Of a stretch of DNA of 64,000 nt, positions 28,755-38,372 are shown piece after piece. Both the position numbers and the translations under genes were made by a program. The stretch is from Candidatus Goldiibacteriota bacterium (GTDB lineage Bacteria > Oederibacteriota > PGYV01), in contig JAFGWA010000050.1 of the NCBI GenBank assembly GCA_016937715.1, positions 9,311 to 73,310 on the forward strand, given 5' to 3'. How positions within the stretch are numbered: the stretch's first letter is position 1; each line of letters starts with the position of its first letter. The notes beneath the pieces were generated by a model. That model was not told the DNA's origin. It searched no databases and worked only from the letters and a program-made list of their open reading frames with translations.

Positions 28755-28955
28755 TTACTCATTTTCCAATACCATGTAACGACCGGTTTTACTTTTTTTC
28801 AGGTAGTGTGTGTTTTCGCATATATTACATTTAATTTTTTTTGGGTCTTCTTCGGTCTCAATTATCCACTCCCTTTTCCCGCATGAACACACAAACAGGC
28901 TTTGAAACCTGTTATCCTCCCAGATTCTCCCAAAAATTCTTTCCTTTGCCACCAT
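28755..28955 (-). CDS. Small zinc-ribbon protein (CxC...CxxC). Start reassigned to MVAKER, preceded by GGGAGA.
   Basis: FVCSCGK...KCNICEN. 66 aa. Confidence 0.35.
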   Translation of the reverse strand: MVAKERIFGRIWEDNRFQSLFVCSCGKREWIIETEEDPKKIKCNICENTHYLKKSKTGRYMVLENE

Positions 28956-29084
28956 TTTTTTCTCCCTTCTGTCCCCCTGCATCATTAAGCTATGTTCGTA
29001 ATGATCAGGACCCAATACAAATATATATCTTTGTAATTATTTTGTCAAGTAATTATTTTGAAGAAACGATGGATGGTGAAGCAG

Positions 29085-29172
29085 ATGGTTGGACGCTTGG
29101 ATGTTTGGAGGCTTGGTAAAAACAATTACAAAAGACAAATCAAAGACCGCGGGCTGAAGACCCGCGACTACC
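29085..29172 (+). repeat. Composite intergenic repeat, copy 2 (core plus hairpin GACCGCGGGCTGAAGACCCGCGACTACCA)
   Basis: atggttggacgcttggatgtttggaggcttggtaaaaacaattacaaaagacaaatcaaagaccgcgggctgaagacccgcg. Confidence 0.6.
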
Positions 29173-29374
29173 AGAGCATAATTTTTCAGGATGAAAATTT
29201 GCAGTGGCACTATAAAATTTACTTGTAAAAATTAGGCGGCATGCCGAAATAACAGGACATTTCTATTTTGCGGATTAGGGGGCGTTATCAGTTTTTGTTT
29301 AAAGCCTAATCAACCTGATTGAGTTCAGGCCTTAAAATTGAACTTTTTATTATCCGGACTGAAATTATTAAGAT

Positions 29375-30601
29375 TTATTCAATACCTTTCAATATTTCAA
29401 GCATTCCAATCAGGCCTGTTATTTTTACATTTTGCGTTATATGAGACATTTGTGCGCCGTCCCCAAGAGTCACAACATGCGCCGTGGACCAGGCTACCTT
29501 TTTATTCTTCGCTATAACCAACTCAATATTCTTTGCAGATTCAGAACCTACATTTATTCCCGATTTGAACTCAAACAAATGAAACTTACCTTTTTCTTCC
29601 ACCAAAAGGTCTATTTCCGGCCCTTTATCAGCCCTGTAAAAATGCATATTGCTTTTGTAAAACGAAGTATTCAGCAGTTTCTTTTTTGCCTCTGAGACAC
29701 AGTAATTCTCAAATATCTGCCCCGCCATGGCATGAGAATATATGTCATTCTCCGTTCTGATGTTGTTCACTCTGCAGACCAGGCCTGTGTCATAAAAGTA
29801 TATTTTTGGTGTTTTTACAAGCCTTGTCCTGACATTGGCGTGATATGGGTGCAGATAGAATATAATACCGCTTGCTTCAAGTATAGAAAGCCATTTTTTT
29901 ATTGTACTGGCAGATACACCGCAATCATTAGAAACAGCCGCCATATTCAGCAGCTGTCCCGGCCTTGAAGCAAGTATCCTTATAAATTTATCGTAAGTTT
30001 CAAGATTCCCTACATTGTAAAGACTGCGCACATCCCTGTCTATATATGTTGTCAGGTAACTTTCATACCATCCCGGGATATCCATAGTTTTGTCCAAAAC
30101 AGGCTCCGGGTATGTTCCTCTGGTGCATGCAAATTCAAACAAAAGGCGTGTGGAATCAGCCCCGGTAAAAACAGCCAGTTCGCCCGAACTAAGTGTATTC
30201 ATATGCAGTATCCCCACGCGGCCGGCAAGAGACTCGGTGAAACTTTTCATAAGTAAAAAATTCTGAGAACCGGTAATTACAAACCTTCCTTTTATTTCAC
30301 GTTCATCATAACGGGCATTGTCAATTTCAATTTTAATGTATGACATTACAGCAGGTGCGTATTGTAACTCATCAATAATTACTTTTTCAGGCAGTTTTTT
30401 AACAAATAAAGCCGGATCATTTATTGCCATGGCTCTTTGCCTGGTGTCATCCAGAGAAACATAGGCATATTCTTTACCAAGCACTTCCCTTAATACGGTT
30501 GTTTTCCCGCATTGCCGCGGCCCGGTAAGGGAAACCGCGGGAAAAGCGTTGATATACTTCTTAATACGGCTTTCAATATCTCTTTTTATGTATGTTTTCA
30601 T
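29375..30601 (-). CDS. AAA-family ATPase with C-terminal DUF4143 domain
   Basis: Walker A GPRQCGKTT. Typical AAA_14 plus DUF4143 architecture, 408 aa. Confidence 0.8.
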   Translation of the reverse strand: MKTYIKRDIESRIKKYINAFPAVSLTGPRQCGKTTVLREVLGKEYAYVSLDDTRQRAMAINDPALFVKKLPEKVIIDELQYAPAVMSYIKIEIDNARYDEREIKGRFVITGSQNFLLMKSFTESLAGRVGILHMNTLSSGELAVFTGADSTRLLFEFACTRGTYPEPVLDKTMDIPGWYESYLTTYIDRDVRSLYNVGNLETYDKFIRILASRPGQLLNMAAVSNDCGVSASTIKKWLSILEASGIIFYLHPYHANVRTRLVKTPKIYFYDTGLVCRVNNIRTENDIYSHAMAGQIFENYCVSEAKKKLLNTSFYKSNMHFYRADKGPEIDLLVEEKGKFHLFEFKSGINVGSESAKNIELVIAKNKKVAWSTAHVVTLGDGAQMSHITQNVKITGLIGMLEILKGIE

Positions 30602-30634
30602 AACTTAATCATATATCAAGTAATTAATATTGTC

Positions 30635-30673
30635 AATTCGCAAATCCATTGTAACAAAGTGGAATTGCGAATT
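30635..30673. promoter_or_regulatory. 14-bp inverted repeat AATTCGCAAATCCA-11 bp-TGGAATTGCGAATT (13/14 match) 35 bp upstream of the AAA/DUF4143 ATPase gene; candidate operator
   Basis: Read directly. Confidence 0.3.
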
Positions 30674-30786
30674 TTCTATTTTTACGCAATAAAATTAGGT
30701 GTTTTTTAGGTTGTATTTTATGTGTATTAAGAGAATTACGTTGACATGCTGAATCAACAGGACAATTCTATTTTGCAGAATCAGTA

Positions 30787-30900
30787 AAGGAGGTGGGGAA
30801 AACAGATGCTTGGACGCTTAGATGTTTGGAGGCTTGGTAAAGGCAGTTACAAAATACAAATCAAAGACCGCGGGCATAAAAACCCGCGTCTACCACAACA
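30787..30900 (+). repeat. Composite intergenic repeat, copy 3 (RBS-like AAGGAGGTGGGG, core, hairpin GACCGCGGGCATAAAAACCCGCGTCTACCA)
   Basis: Same core as copies 1 and 2. Contains a small ORF (30806..30916). Confidence 0.6.
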
Positions 30901-30916
30901 AGACAACGGCAGTTAA
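30806..30916 (+). other. Candidate 36-aa small ORF inside the repeat (MLGRLDVWRLGKGSYKIQIKDRGHKNPRLPQQDNGS), preceded by a strong RBS. Homologous reading frames exist in copies 1 and 2.
   Basis: AAGGAGGTGGGG followed 7 nt later by ATG. Copies at 28611 and 29085 encode ML(E/G)RLDVWRL(D/G)K(D/N)(S/N)YK(I/R)QIK in the equivalent frame. Most differences are nonsynonymous G/A transitions, so a coding status is unproven. Confidence 0.2.
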
Positions 30917-30924
30917 CAGGAATT

Positions 30925-31434
30925 TTAAAATTTTGAAACTGTTTCCCTCGCCCATTTTTCTATCTTTGCCCAGTCCCTATAATCCCCCTCCGGCACGCCT
31001 TTTTTAAAAGCCGGCATAAGGGTTAAAAGGCTCATGGGAAAACGCAGAGTTTTAAAATCCACCTTACCCGCAAACAGCCCTTCGCTTACAGGCTTAACAA
31101 CGTTCCTTACCGGGTCCAGATAGCCGGCTGCGGTCTTTCTGCTATCAGGCGTGTCTTTCTGCATTGTCAGGCAGACAAGAAAATAACCCACCGGAACCTT
31201 TAAAAGCGCGTCTTTGCGCGCGGAAACAAATTTCACGACAGAGCCTTTTATTTTACCCATAACAACCGCGCTGCCGATGATAACACCGTCGTAGCCTTCA
31301 ATTGATTTAATTTTATTCACGGGCTTCACATCGGCGTGCATTCCTTTTTCGGAAAGTTTCTTGCCGATAAACTCCGCGGTTTCAGCCGTTGACCCCGAAA
31401 AAGTACCGTAAGCCACAAGTATTTTCTTTGCCAT
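30925..31434 (-). CDS. Flavodoxin-family protein. Start moved to MAKKILVAYGT, preceded by RBS GGAGGA.
   Basis: LVAYGTFSGSTAETAEFIG flavodoxin FMN-loop signature. The upstream 29 codons of the long ORF are a translation of the octamer repeat. Confidence 0.8.
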   Translation of the reverse strand: MAKKILVAYGTFSGSTAETAEFIGKKLSEKGMHADVKPVNKIKSIEGYDGVIIGSAVVMGKIKGSVVKFVSARKDALLKVPVGYFLVCLTMQKDTPDSRKTAAGYLDPVRNVVKPVSEGLFAGKVDFKTLRFPMSLLTLMPAFKKGVPEGDYRDWAKIEKWARETVSKF

Positions 31435-31460
31435 GATAGTATCCTCCATTAAGAATATCC

Positions 31461-31550
31461 GAGAGACGGATGCACAGATGCACAGATGCACAGAGGGACG
31501 GTAAAAACATCCCCAAATCAACTACCGCGGGCTAAAGACCCGCGTCTACC
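31461..31550 (+). repeat. Composite intergenic repeat, copy 4: (GATGCACA)x3 and GAGGGACG octamers plus hairpin ACCGCGGGCTAAAGACCCGCGTCTACCA
   Basis: gagagacggatgcacagatgcacagatgcacagagggacgg...actaccgcgggctaaagacccgcgtctaccaatt. Confidence 0.6.
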
Positions 31551-31760
31551 AATTCCAAAAATTCTATCCCGTAAACGTTTAACCCATATCCCATAAATAG
31601 AACATTTTTAAGACAAGAGCCGCGCCCTAAAAAGACGCGCCTACCAGTACATAAACCAAAAAACGCGCGGATGACAAACCAATTCAAGTATACGGACAGC
31701 GCGGGAGAGCTGTCCCTACAAATACAAAAAATATACAACGCAGATAAAAAACATAAAATT

Positions 31761-32507
31761 TTACTTTACAGCCCGTTTATCCACAAACCACACCGTTCCC
31801 GTTTCGGGGGTGATTTTCGCGGCGGGGTATTCTTTTTTATCGGCTCCGCGTTCTTCCAGCACTGACCTTATTATGTTTCCCTTGCCTTCTCCGGACACTA
31901 TAAACACCACATTGCACGCGGAATTTATAACCGGCAGGGTCATTGTAACGCGTTCCTGCATATTATCAGCGGTTTTTAAACTTACCACCCATCTCTTTTT
32001 CTCGTTAACCGCTTCATGGCCGGGGAATAATGACGCTGTGTGGCCGTCCGCGCCCACCCCTAACAGCATAAGGTCAAAAACAGGCGTCCTTTTTTTTCCG
32101 TTTACCGCGGCCATGGACATAAAAAACTTTTCCATCATGCGCTCATATAGTACAGCCGCGTATGACGCGGGAGATACTTCCACCGGCACCCTGAAGATAT
32201 TTTCCTGCGGTATGTTAACCTTTGAAAGAAAACTTCTGTATGTCATGTAATAATTGCTGTCTTCCGATGTGTGCCCTGTGTAGCGTTCGTCGCCCCAGAA
32301 AACAAAAACCCTGCGCCAGTTGATTCCAGCGTTAATATCAGCTTCCGCAAGTTTTTCATATACCTGCTTTGGAGACTTTCCGCCGGACAGCGCGATAATA
32401 CACCTGCCTTTATTTTCAATGCTGTTTTTAATAATACCCGCGATATACAGCGCGCTTTGCGCGCTTAATTTTTTCATATCAGGAAATTCATGAACCGTTA
32501 TTTCCAT
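31761..32507 (-). CDS. pgl: 6-phosphogluconolactonase
   Basis: ALSGGKSPKQVYEKL and GDERY motifs of the glucosamine-6-P isomerase/6PGL family. Confidence 0.8.
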   Translation of the reverse strand: MEITVHEFPDMKKLSAQSALYIAGIIKNSIENKGRCIIALSGGKSPKQVYEKLAEADINAGINWRRVFVFWGDERYTGHTSEDSNYYMTYRSFLSKVNIPQENIFRVPVEVSPASYAAVLYERMMEKFFMSMAAVNGKKRTPVFDLMLLGVGADGHTASLFPGHEAVNEKKRWVVSLKTADNMQERVTMTLPVINSACNVVFIVSGEGKGNIIRSVLEERGADKKEYPAAKITPETGTVWFVDKRAVK

Positions 32508-32533
32508 TTACCCTCCGCTGTTCAAAATATCAA

Positions 32534-34099
32534 TTACTCTTTTATTATCCACTTTCTGCCGTCCTTTTCAATAAGCATATCCGCTTCTTTGGGGCCCCAT
32601 GAGCCTGCCTGATACATATTAAGAAACTGCTGTTTTTCGCCCATGCCGCACGATTCCCACTTTTGCAGCAAAGGCTGCAGAAGCTGCCACGATATTTCAA
32701 CCCCTTCTTTGCTCCAGAACAGCGTCCGGTCGCCCCGCATGCAGTCCAGTATAAGGGTTTCATAATCATCGGATCTCTGCCCGCCGAACAAATCATTGTA
32801 ATTGAATTTCATTTCAAGCGGGGCAAGGCACATTTTAGAACCCGGCATTTTTGCCTGAAAGGTAAGGTTTACGCCCTGCTCCGGCTGAATTGCAAATACC
32901 AGTATGTTGGGAGACATTGCATTGCCCTGATGTTCCCTGCAGAACATGCATGAAGGCACTTTTTTAAACACAACGGCAATCTGCGACATTTTGCGTTTCA
33001 GCCTTTTTCCCGCCCTTATATAAAAAGGGACGCCTTCCCACCGTTTATTATCCACAAACATCTTTAAGGCAAAATAGGTTTCCGTGCAGGAATCTGAATT
33101 AACCCCCTGTTCCTGCCTGTAGCCTGTCATATTATTACCCGCGCCATACTGCCCCATAATTACACTGTCTTTTAATTTACTTTCATCAAATGGGGTTATT
33201 GATTTAAAAAACTTAATCTTTTCACTTCTTACGCTGTCCTCATCCAGGCCCGCGGGATGCTCCATACCTATAAGGGCTGCAAGCTGAAGCATATGATTCT
33301 GAAAAACGTCGCGCAGCGCCCCGTACTTTTCATAATACCCGGCCCTGTGTTCCACGCCGATATCTTCCGCGAAAGTTATCTGAACATGGTCAATGTATTC
33401 GCTGTTCCAAACCGGTTCAAAAATCATATTGGCAAACCGGAATACAAGAATATTCTGCACGGTCTCTTTGCCAAAGTAATGGTCAATACGGTATATCTGC
33501 CCTTCAGAAAGGTATTGAAGTAATTGAAGATTAAGTTCTTTGGCGCTGTCCGTATCGTGCCCAAAAGGTTTTTCATACATAACCCTTATAAAAGAGGATT
33601 TATCATCTGTTTTTTTTAAAAGCCCGGCTTCATGAAGGCACATTGTAATTTTTCCAAATACATCCGGCGGTGTTGCCATATGGACAATAAGGCTGCCGCC
33701 TGTATCAAATTTCGCGGCCAGTTCATCCGCGCGTTTTTTCAGGTTTAAAAGGGCGTCCTTGTCGTCATAACCGCCGGGGACGTAAAAACACCTTTGCAGA
33801 AAATCCGTAAGCCGCGTTTCAATAACCGTTTTATCCGACTTTCTGACCGATTCTTCAACTGTCTTTCTGAATACGCTGTCGTCCATCTTTGTGCGCGCGT
33901 ACCCCAGAACAAAAAACTCTTCCGGCACCCTGCCGGCGCAGTAAAGGTTATATAAGGAAGGAATAAGCTTTCTGAAAGCCAAATCGCCTGAGGCGCCCGG
34001 TATTATCACCCCGCATTTTACCCCTTTTTGAATTTCACACGCGGCGTGCGCCTGCGTGTTAAGATGCACCTGAACTTTATCGCCCTTATTTTCCATCAT
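32534..34099 (-). CDS. zwf: Glucose-6-phosphate 1-dehydrogenase
   Basis: RIDHYFGKE substrate-binding signature and an N-terminal NADP-binding region. Confidence 0.9.
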   Translation of the reverse strand: MMENKGDKVQVHLNTQAHAACEIQKGVKCGVIIPGASGDLAFRKLIPSLYNLYCAGRVPEEFFVLGYARTKMDDSVFRKTVEESVRKSDKTVIETRLTDFLQRCFYVPGGYDDKDALLNLKKRADELAAKFDTGGSLIVHMATPPDVFGKITMCLHEAGLLKKTDDKSSFIRVMYEKPFGHDTDSAKELNLQLLQYLSEGQIYRIDHYFGKETVQNILVFRFANMIFEPVWNSEYIDHVQITFAEDIGVEHRAGYYEKYGALRDVFQNHMLQLAALIGMEHPAGLDEDSVRSEKIKFFKSITPFDESKLKDSVIMGQYGAGNNMTGYRQEQGVNSDSCTETYFALKMFVDNKRWEGVPFYIRAGKRLKRKMSQIAVVFKKVPSCMFCREHQGNAMSPNILVFAIQPEQGVNLTFQAKMPGSKMCLAPLEMKFNYNDLFGGQRSDDYETLILDCMRGDRTLFWSKEGVEISWQLLQPLLQKWESCGMGEKQQFLNMYQAGSWGPKEADMLIEKDGRKWIIKE

Positions 34100-35060
34100 T
34101 TCTCCCGGAATGTTTTACCGCGCCTGCCGAAGCTGAATTGGTTTTTACGTCCGCGTCCGCGCCGGCAGTCTCGTGGCCGCCGAATTCATTTCTTAAAGCA
34201 GCCGTTATTTTATTGGCAAAGACATCCTTCTGCCTTGAATTAAACCTTTTAAATAAAGAAGCCGCAATCACATCCGCCGCCACGCCCGAATCCACCGCTT
34301 CTTTTAAAGCCCAGCGCGCTTCGCCGGAATCCTGCACATATCCCTGAATTGCAGACAGGCCTTTGTCTTTTTCAAAAGCATTTTCTAAAAGCCCAAGCAT
34401 CCACGACCTTATAACACTTCCGTGATTCCACGCCCCTGCAATCTTTTTTAAATCAAAATCATCGGCATAAGGCGAGGCTTTTAATATCTGAAACCCCTCG
34501 GCGTACGCTTCCATCATGCCGTACTCTATCGCGTTATGCACCATCTTTACATAATGGCCCGCGCCCGCCCTGCCGCAGTACAGATACCCTTTTTCAGGAG
34601 AAAGAGTTCTTAACAACGGTTCTATTATATTAAAAGCCTCTTTGCTGCCGCCTGCTGTTATGCCATAACCGTAATTTAAACCCCACACGCCGCCGGACAC
34701 GCCCGCGTCCACATACATGATCCCGTATTTTTTCAGTTCTTCAGCGCGTGTTATCCCGTCTTTATAATGCGAATTCGCGCCGTCAACAATAATATCGCCC
34801 GCTTTTAACATCGCCTTTAATTCATCCACGTGCCGCTGCGACACTTCGCCCGCAGGCAGCATAAGCCACACCACGCGCGGCGCGTCAAGTTTATCCACAA
34901 CCTCTTTAAGCGAATACACGCCTTCTATCCCTTTTTCTTTTTCGGCTTCTTTTGTTTTTTCCTGCGTGCGGTTATATGCAACAACATTATGCCCGCCGCG
35001 CGCCAGGCGCAGCGCCATATTTAATCCCATTCTGCCAAGCCCTATTACAGCAAGTTTCAT
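34086..35060 (-). CDS. gnd: 6-phosphogluconate dehydrogenase (decarboxylating), short-chain YqeC-like form
   Basis: MKLAVIGLGRMGLNMALRLARGGHNVVAYNRT Rossmann motif and the 6PGD C-terminal domain. Overlaps zwf by 14 nt. Confidence 0.8.
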   Translation of the reverse strand: MKLAVIGLGRMGLNMALRLARGGHNVVAYNRTQEKTKEAEKEKGIEGVYSLKEVVDKLDAPRVVWLMLPAGEVSQRHVDELKAMLKAGDIIVDGANSHYKDGITRAEELKKYGIMYVDAGVSGGVWGLNYGYGITAGGSKEAFNIIEPLLRTLSPEKGYLYCGRAGAGHYVKMVHNAIEYGMMEAYAEGFQILKASPYADDFDLKKIAGAWNHGSVIRSWMLGLLENAFEKDKGLSAIQGYVQDSGEARWALKEAVDSGVAADVIAASLFKRFNSRQKDVFANKITAALRNEFGGHETAGADADVKTNSASAGAVKHSGRNDGK

Positions 35061-35075
35061 TTTAACCTCCGGATA

Positions 35076-37070
35076 TTAATTCTTTTTAAGAAGCTCTGCC
35101 GCTTTTGCCGCTATGTTTTCTGCGGCCATGCCGTAATTTTCCATCACTTTATCGCCCGGCGCTGACGCGCCAAACTTTTCCACACCAATCACTGTTCCGT
35201 TATCTCCCGCAAGGCCTTTAAAAAACGCGGGATGCGAAGCTTCCACAACAATACGTTTTGTTAAATGAGAAGGTATTACTGATTCACGGTAAACTTCTGT
35301 CTGCCTTAAAAACATTTCATAGGACGGAAGCGATACAACCCTTGCGGTTAAATGCCTGTTTCTTAACAGCTCCGCGGCTTTTAACGCGGGATGCACTTCT
35401 GAACCCGTGGCTATTATTAACACATCCGGTTTTTCACCGCCGTGTTCCAGCACATACCCGCCTTTTTGCGCGTTTTCAAAAACTTTATATTTTTCATTAT
35501 CCAAAACAGGCAGGTCCTGCCGCGTGAATACAAGGGCAAAAGGCATTTTTTGCGTTACCGCCATGTACCACGCAGCCACGGTTTCATTCGCGTCCGCCGG
35601 CCTTATCACGGTAAGCCCCGGTATCATGCGAAGCGACGGAAGCTGTTCCACCGGCTGGTGCGTGGGGCCGTCTTCGCCAAGACCTATGCTGTCATGCGTA
35701 AAAACAAATATTGAATGCGTTTTCATAAGCGCGGCAAGCCGTATCGCGGGCCTCATGTAATCAGAGAATATAAGAAATGTGGCGGAATACGGGATAATGC
35801 CGCCGTGCAGCGCCAAGCCGTTTACAATCGCGCCCATTGCGTGCTCGCGCACGCCAAAATGTATATTGCGGCTGCACATACCCGAAATGCCAAAACTTCC
35901 CTGCCCTTTTAATTCTGTTTTGGTGGACGGCGCCAGGTCAGCCGACCCGCCCATAAATTCCGTCATATATTTTTCTATAATATTCATTATTTTTCCGGAT
36001 GCCGTGCGCGTGGCAATTTTTTCACCCGCGGTGAAAAATTCCAGATTTTTTTTAAGTTCTTCATTAATACTGCCGCTTAAATACTTATCCAGCAGCCTGT
36101 TTTCTTTGGGGAATGATGACCTGTAAGCTTCCACCCTTTCATTCCAGTCGCGCTGCGCTTCCGCTCCGGTTTTTGCCATTTCCTTAAAATTATCGGACAC
36201 TTCCTTTGGCACGTAAAATTCCCTGTCTTCGGGCCAGCCAAAAAACTGTTTTGTCTTTATCACATTTTCTTTTCCCAGAGGCTCGCCGTGAGCCTGCGCG
36301 TTATCCTGCCGGGGGGAGCCAAAACCGATATGCGTTTTTATAATTATAAGCGACGGGCGGTTTTTTTCCCGCTTTGCTTCGTGTATCGCCCTTTCAATAT
36401 CATAAGTGTCATTGCCGTCAGCCACAACAGGCGTATGCCAGCCGTACGCTTCAAACCTTGCTTTCACATTTTCCGTAAAAGATATATCCGTGTCGCCCTC
36501 TATGGAAATGCCGTTATCATCATACAGGTAAATTATTTTTCCAAGTTTCATTGTACCTGCAAGAGACGCGGCTTCGGAAGCAACGCCTTCCATAAGGTCC
36601 CCGTCCGATACAATGCCGTAAATGTAGTGGTCTATTATACTGTGCCCTCTTTTATTAAAACACCCGGCAAGCGTTTTTTCCGCGATTGCCATGCCGACGC
36701 CCATTGCAAACCCCTGTCCCAGAGGCCCTGTCGTGGCTTCAACACCGGGAGTTAAACCGTATTCAGGGTGCCCGGGGGTTATGCTTTTAAACTGCCTGAA
36801 ATTTTTCAGGTCATCCAATGAAATACCGTATCCATAAAGATGAAGAAGCGAGTATAGAAGCGCGCTTCCATGGCCCGCAGACAGAATAAAACGGTCCCTG
36901 TCCGCCCATTTCGGGTCAGCCGGATTGTGCTTTATGAATTTGGAATATAAAGTATATATCATAGGCGCCGCGCCCAAAGGCAGCCCCGGATGTCCGGATT
37001 TCGCGCGTTCCACCATATCTATGGACAGCATGCGCAGCGTGTTTATTGAAAGTTCTTCTGTTATTTTCAC
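35076..37070 (-). CDS. tkt: Transketolase
   Basis: TPP-binding [15 protein letters not shown] motif, transketolase C-terminal domain. Confidence 0.9.
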   Translation of the reverse strand: MKITEELSINTLRMLSIDMVERAKSGHPGLPLGAAPMIYTLYSKFIKHNPADPKWADRDRFILSAGHGSALLYSLLHLYGYGISLDDLKNFRQFKSITPGHPEYGLTPGVEATTGPLGQGFAMGVGMAIAEKTLAGCFNKRGHSIIDHYIYGIVSDGDLMEGVASEAASLAGTMKLGKIIYLYDDNGISIEGDTDISFTENVKARFEAYGWHTPVVADGNDTYDIERAIHEAKREKNRPSLIIIKTHIGFGSPRQDNAQAHGEPLGKENVIKTKQFFGWPEDREFYVPKEVSDNFKEMAKTGAEAQRDWNERVEAYRSSFPKENRLLDKYLSGSINEELKKNLEFFTAGEKIATRTASGKIMNIIEKYMTEFMGGSADLAPSTKTELKGQGSFGISGMCSRNIHFGVREHAMGAIVNGLALHGGIIPYSATFLIFSDYMRPAIRLAALMKTHSIFVFTHDSIGLGEDGPTHQPVEQLPSLRMIPGLTVIRPADANETVAAWYMAVTQKMPFALVFTRQDLPVLDNEKYKVFENAQKGGYVLEHGGEKPDVLIIATGSEVHPALKAAELLRNRHLTARVVSLPSYEMFLRQTEVYRESVIPSHLTKRIVVEASHPAFFKGLAGDNGTVIGVEKFGASAPGDKVMENYGMAAENIAAKAAELLKKN

Positions 37071-37092
37071 TTTAACCCCCCTGCCGGCTTTT

Positions 37093-37671
37093 TCACCTGG
37101 CGGGTTTTACATTTAACTTTTCGCTATACATATCAATTGAATACCTGTTTTCCGCGGGCAGGCGCGCCGGCCTGTTGTCTTCCTGTTCTTTCTGCCAGTC
37201 AGACAGGATAGACATGTCATTGCCTTTTTTACCCACGTTAATAAGCGTTACCACTTCAAATTCATCCGGGATTGAAAGCGCTTCCCTTGTTTTTTCCGGA
37301 GAGTACCCCGCAATTGGGTGCGCCACAAGCCCAAGTTCCACGGCACGCAGCATTAAATTTCCCACCGCTATTCCCGTGTCAAAAAGATAATACAGCCTGT
37401 CTTTAATCACGCAGTCAAAATCTTTTTTTGCAAGCACAGCTATTATCATGGAGTCTTTGTTTGCCCATTCATTGCCTTTGTTTAAAGCCGCCTTTGCTTT
37501 TTCCAGCTGTTCTTTTCCTTTTACAAATATGAATTTTGCCGGCTGATTGTTAAAACATGAAGGGGCAAGGGACGCCGCGTCTGCAAGTTCTTTTACTGTT
37601 TCATCTGAAATCTCCACAGCATCAAACGCCCTGTGCGCCCGCCTTGCGTTTATCGCGTCTTTTACATCCAT
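37093..37671 (-). CDS. Nitroreductase-family FMN oxidoreductase
   Basis: [11 protein letters not shown]...[11 protein letters not shown] nitroreductase signature. Confidence 0.8.
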   Translation of the reverse strand: MDVKDAINARRAHRAFDAVEISDETVKELADAASLAPSCFNNQPAKFIFVKGKEQLEKAKAALNKGNEWANKDSMIIAVLAKKDFDCVIKDRLYYLFDTGIAVGNLMLRAVELGLVAHPIAGYSPEKTREALSIPDEFEVVTLINVGKKGNDMSILSDWQKEQEDNRPARLPAENRYSIDMYSEKLNVKPAR

Positions 37672-37722
37672 AACATTCCTCCATCCGGTTCAACGGATAA
37701 TGTTTTAAACTGCTAACCTGAC

Positions 37723-37744
37723 GGACAGCGCAGGAGCGCTGTCC
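37723..37744. repeat. Hairpin module GGACAGCGC-agga-GCGCTGTCC (family C), also present at 31694-31715; terminator-like position after gene 37812..38156
   Basis: Shared context ACGGACAGCGC.GGAG.GCTGTCCCT.CAAA in both copies. Confidence 0.5.
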
Positions 37745-37811
37745 CTGCAAAGCCCTTGTTCCCGCAGAACAGTTTTTTGACACTGCTTTATTAATATCAG
37801 CCCTTACGCTT

Positions 37812-38156
37812 TTATTTAACCTTTAAGTCCTTTGATAAATCCCCGAATTTGTTACACACGGCCTTAACCGTTATTTTATCGCCGCTTTTAAGCTCCGGAA
37901 CCGCGTATATAAGCTGCTGGCTTTTGTCATCCGTCTGCACCGTTGTTTCCTGGCTTATTTTTTTTACGCCGTTAACCGAAAGAATAATTTCGTCAACAAA
38001 GTGCTTTGTAACGTCTTTGCTTGTGTGCGACACAATCACCTTTACGGTTTTTTCCGTCAGGTCATATTCTATGGATATCCCCGAAGGAGAATGGGCAAAT
38101 ACAGCTCCCGCGAATACAAGCGCGAATAACCCGGTTAACATAATTAATTTTTTCAT
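37812..38156 (-). CDS. Small secreted beta-rich protein whose mature N-terminus is predicted to begin with His (AFA/HSPSG); possible metal-binding Ig-like protein
   Basis: Signal peptide, 114 aa, alternating beta-pattern. No confident family assignment. Confidence 0.4.
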   Translation of the reverse strand: MKKLIMLTGLFALVFAGAVFAHSPSGISIEYDLTEKTVKVIVSHTSKDVTKHFVDEIILSVNGVKKISQETTVQTDDKSQQLIYAVPELKSGDKITVKAVCNKFGDLSKDLKVK

Positions 38157-38167
38157 TTTTCCTCCTT

Positions 38168-38359
38168 TTACCCTTTAAGGGTAAGAAAAATTACTATTCC
38201 GCCGTGAATAAGCGCGGTGAACAAAAGCACTATAGCCAGTATCTTATGCAGTTTTATCCTGTTTGGAATATTTATTTTGAAAAAACCAAGTATAAAAACA
38301 ATAACCAGAAGCACCGCGCTTGTAAGGCCAAGAGCTTTAATGATAAGTCCCCAATCCAT
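38168..38359 (-). CDS. Small 2-TM membrane protein with conserved His in each helix
   Basis: 63 aa. RBS-like GGAGGA upstream. Co-oriented 12 bp upstream of the secreted protein gene. Confidence 0.3.
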   Translation of the reverse strand: MDWGLIIKALGLTSAVLLVIVFILGFFKINIPNRIKLHKILAIVLLFTALIHGGIVIFLTLKG

Positions 38360-38372
38360 TTTATTTCCTCCC

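Noticed and set aside
28219-28779. 186-aa plus-strand ORF spanning the GH9 start and repeat copy 1
   Set aside because: It is a read-through across an intergenic repeat with no RBS. Only its last about 25 codons correspond to the conserved repeat frame.
30925-31521. Long N-terminal extensions of the flavodoxin, rubredoxin (47172..47426), CopA (55331..57685) and anti-sigma (58771..59424) ORFs
   Set aside because: The extensions run into intergenic repeats and lack RBSs. Internal starts with Shine-Dalgarno sequences were chosen.
28555-31560. Integron-like gene cassette array hypothesis for the repeat-separated genes
   Set aside because: No intI or attI is present in the window. The repeats lack the attC core sites (GTTRRRY / RYYYAAC) and also occur at unrelated loci.
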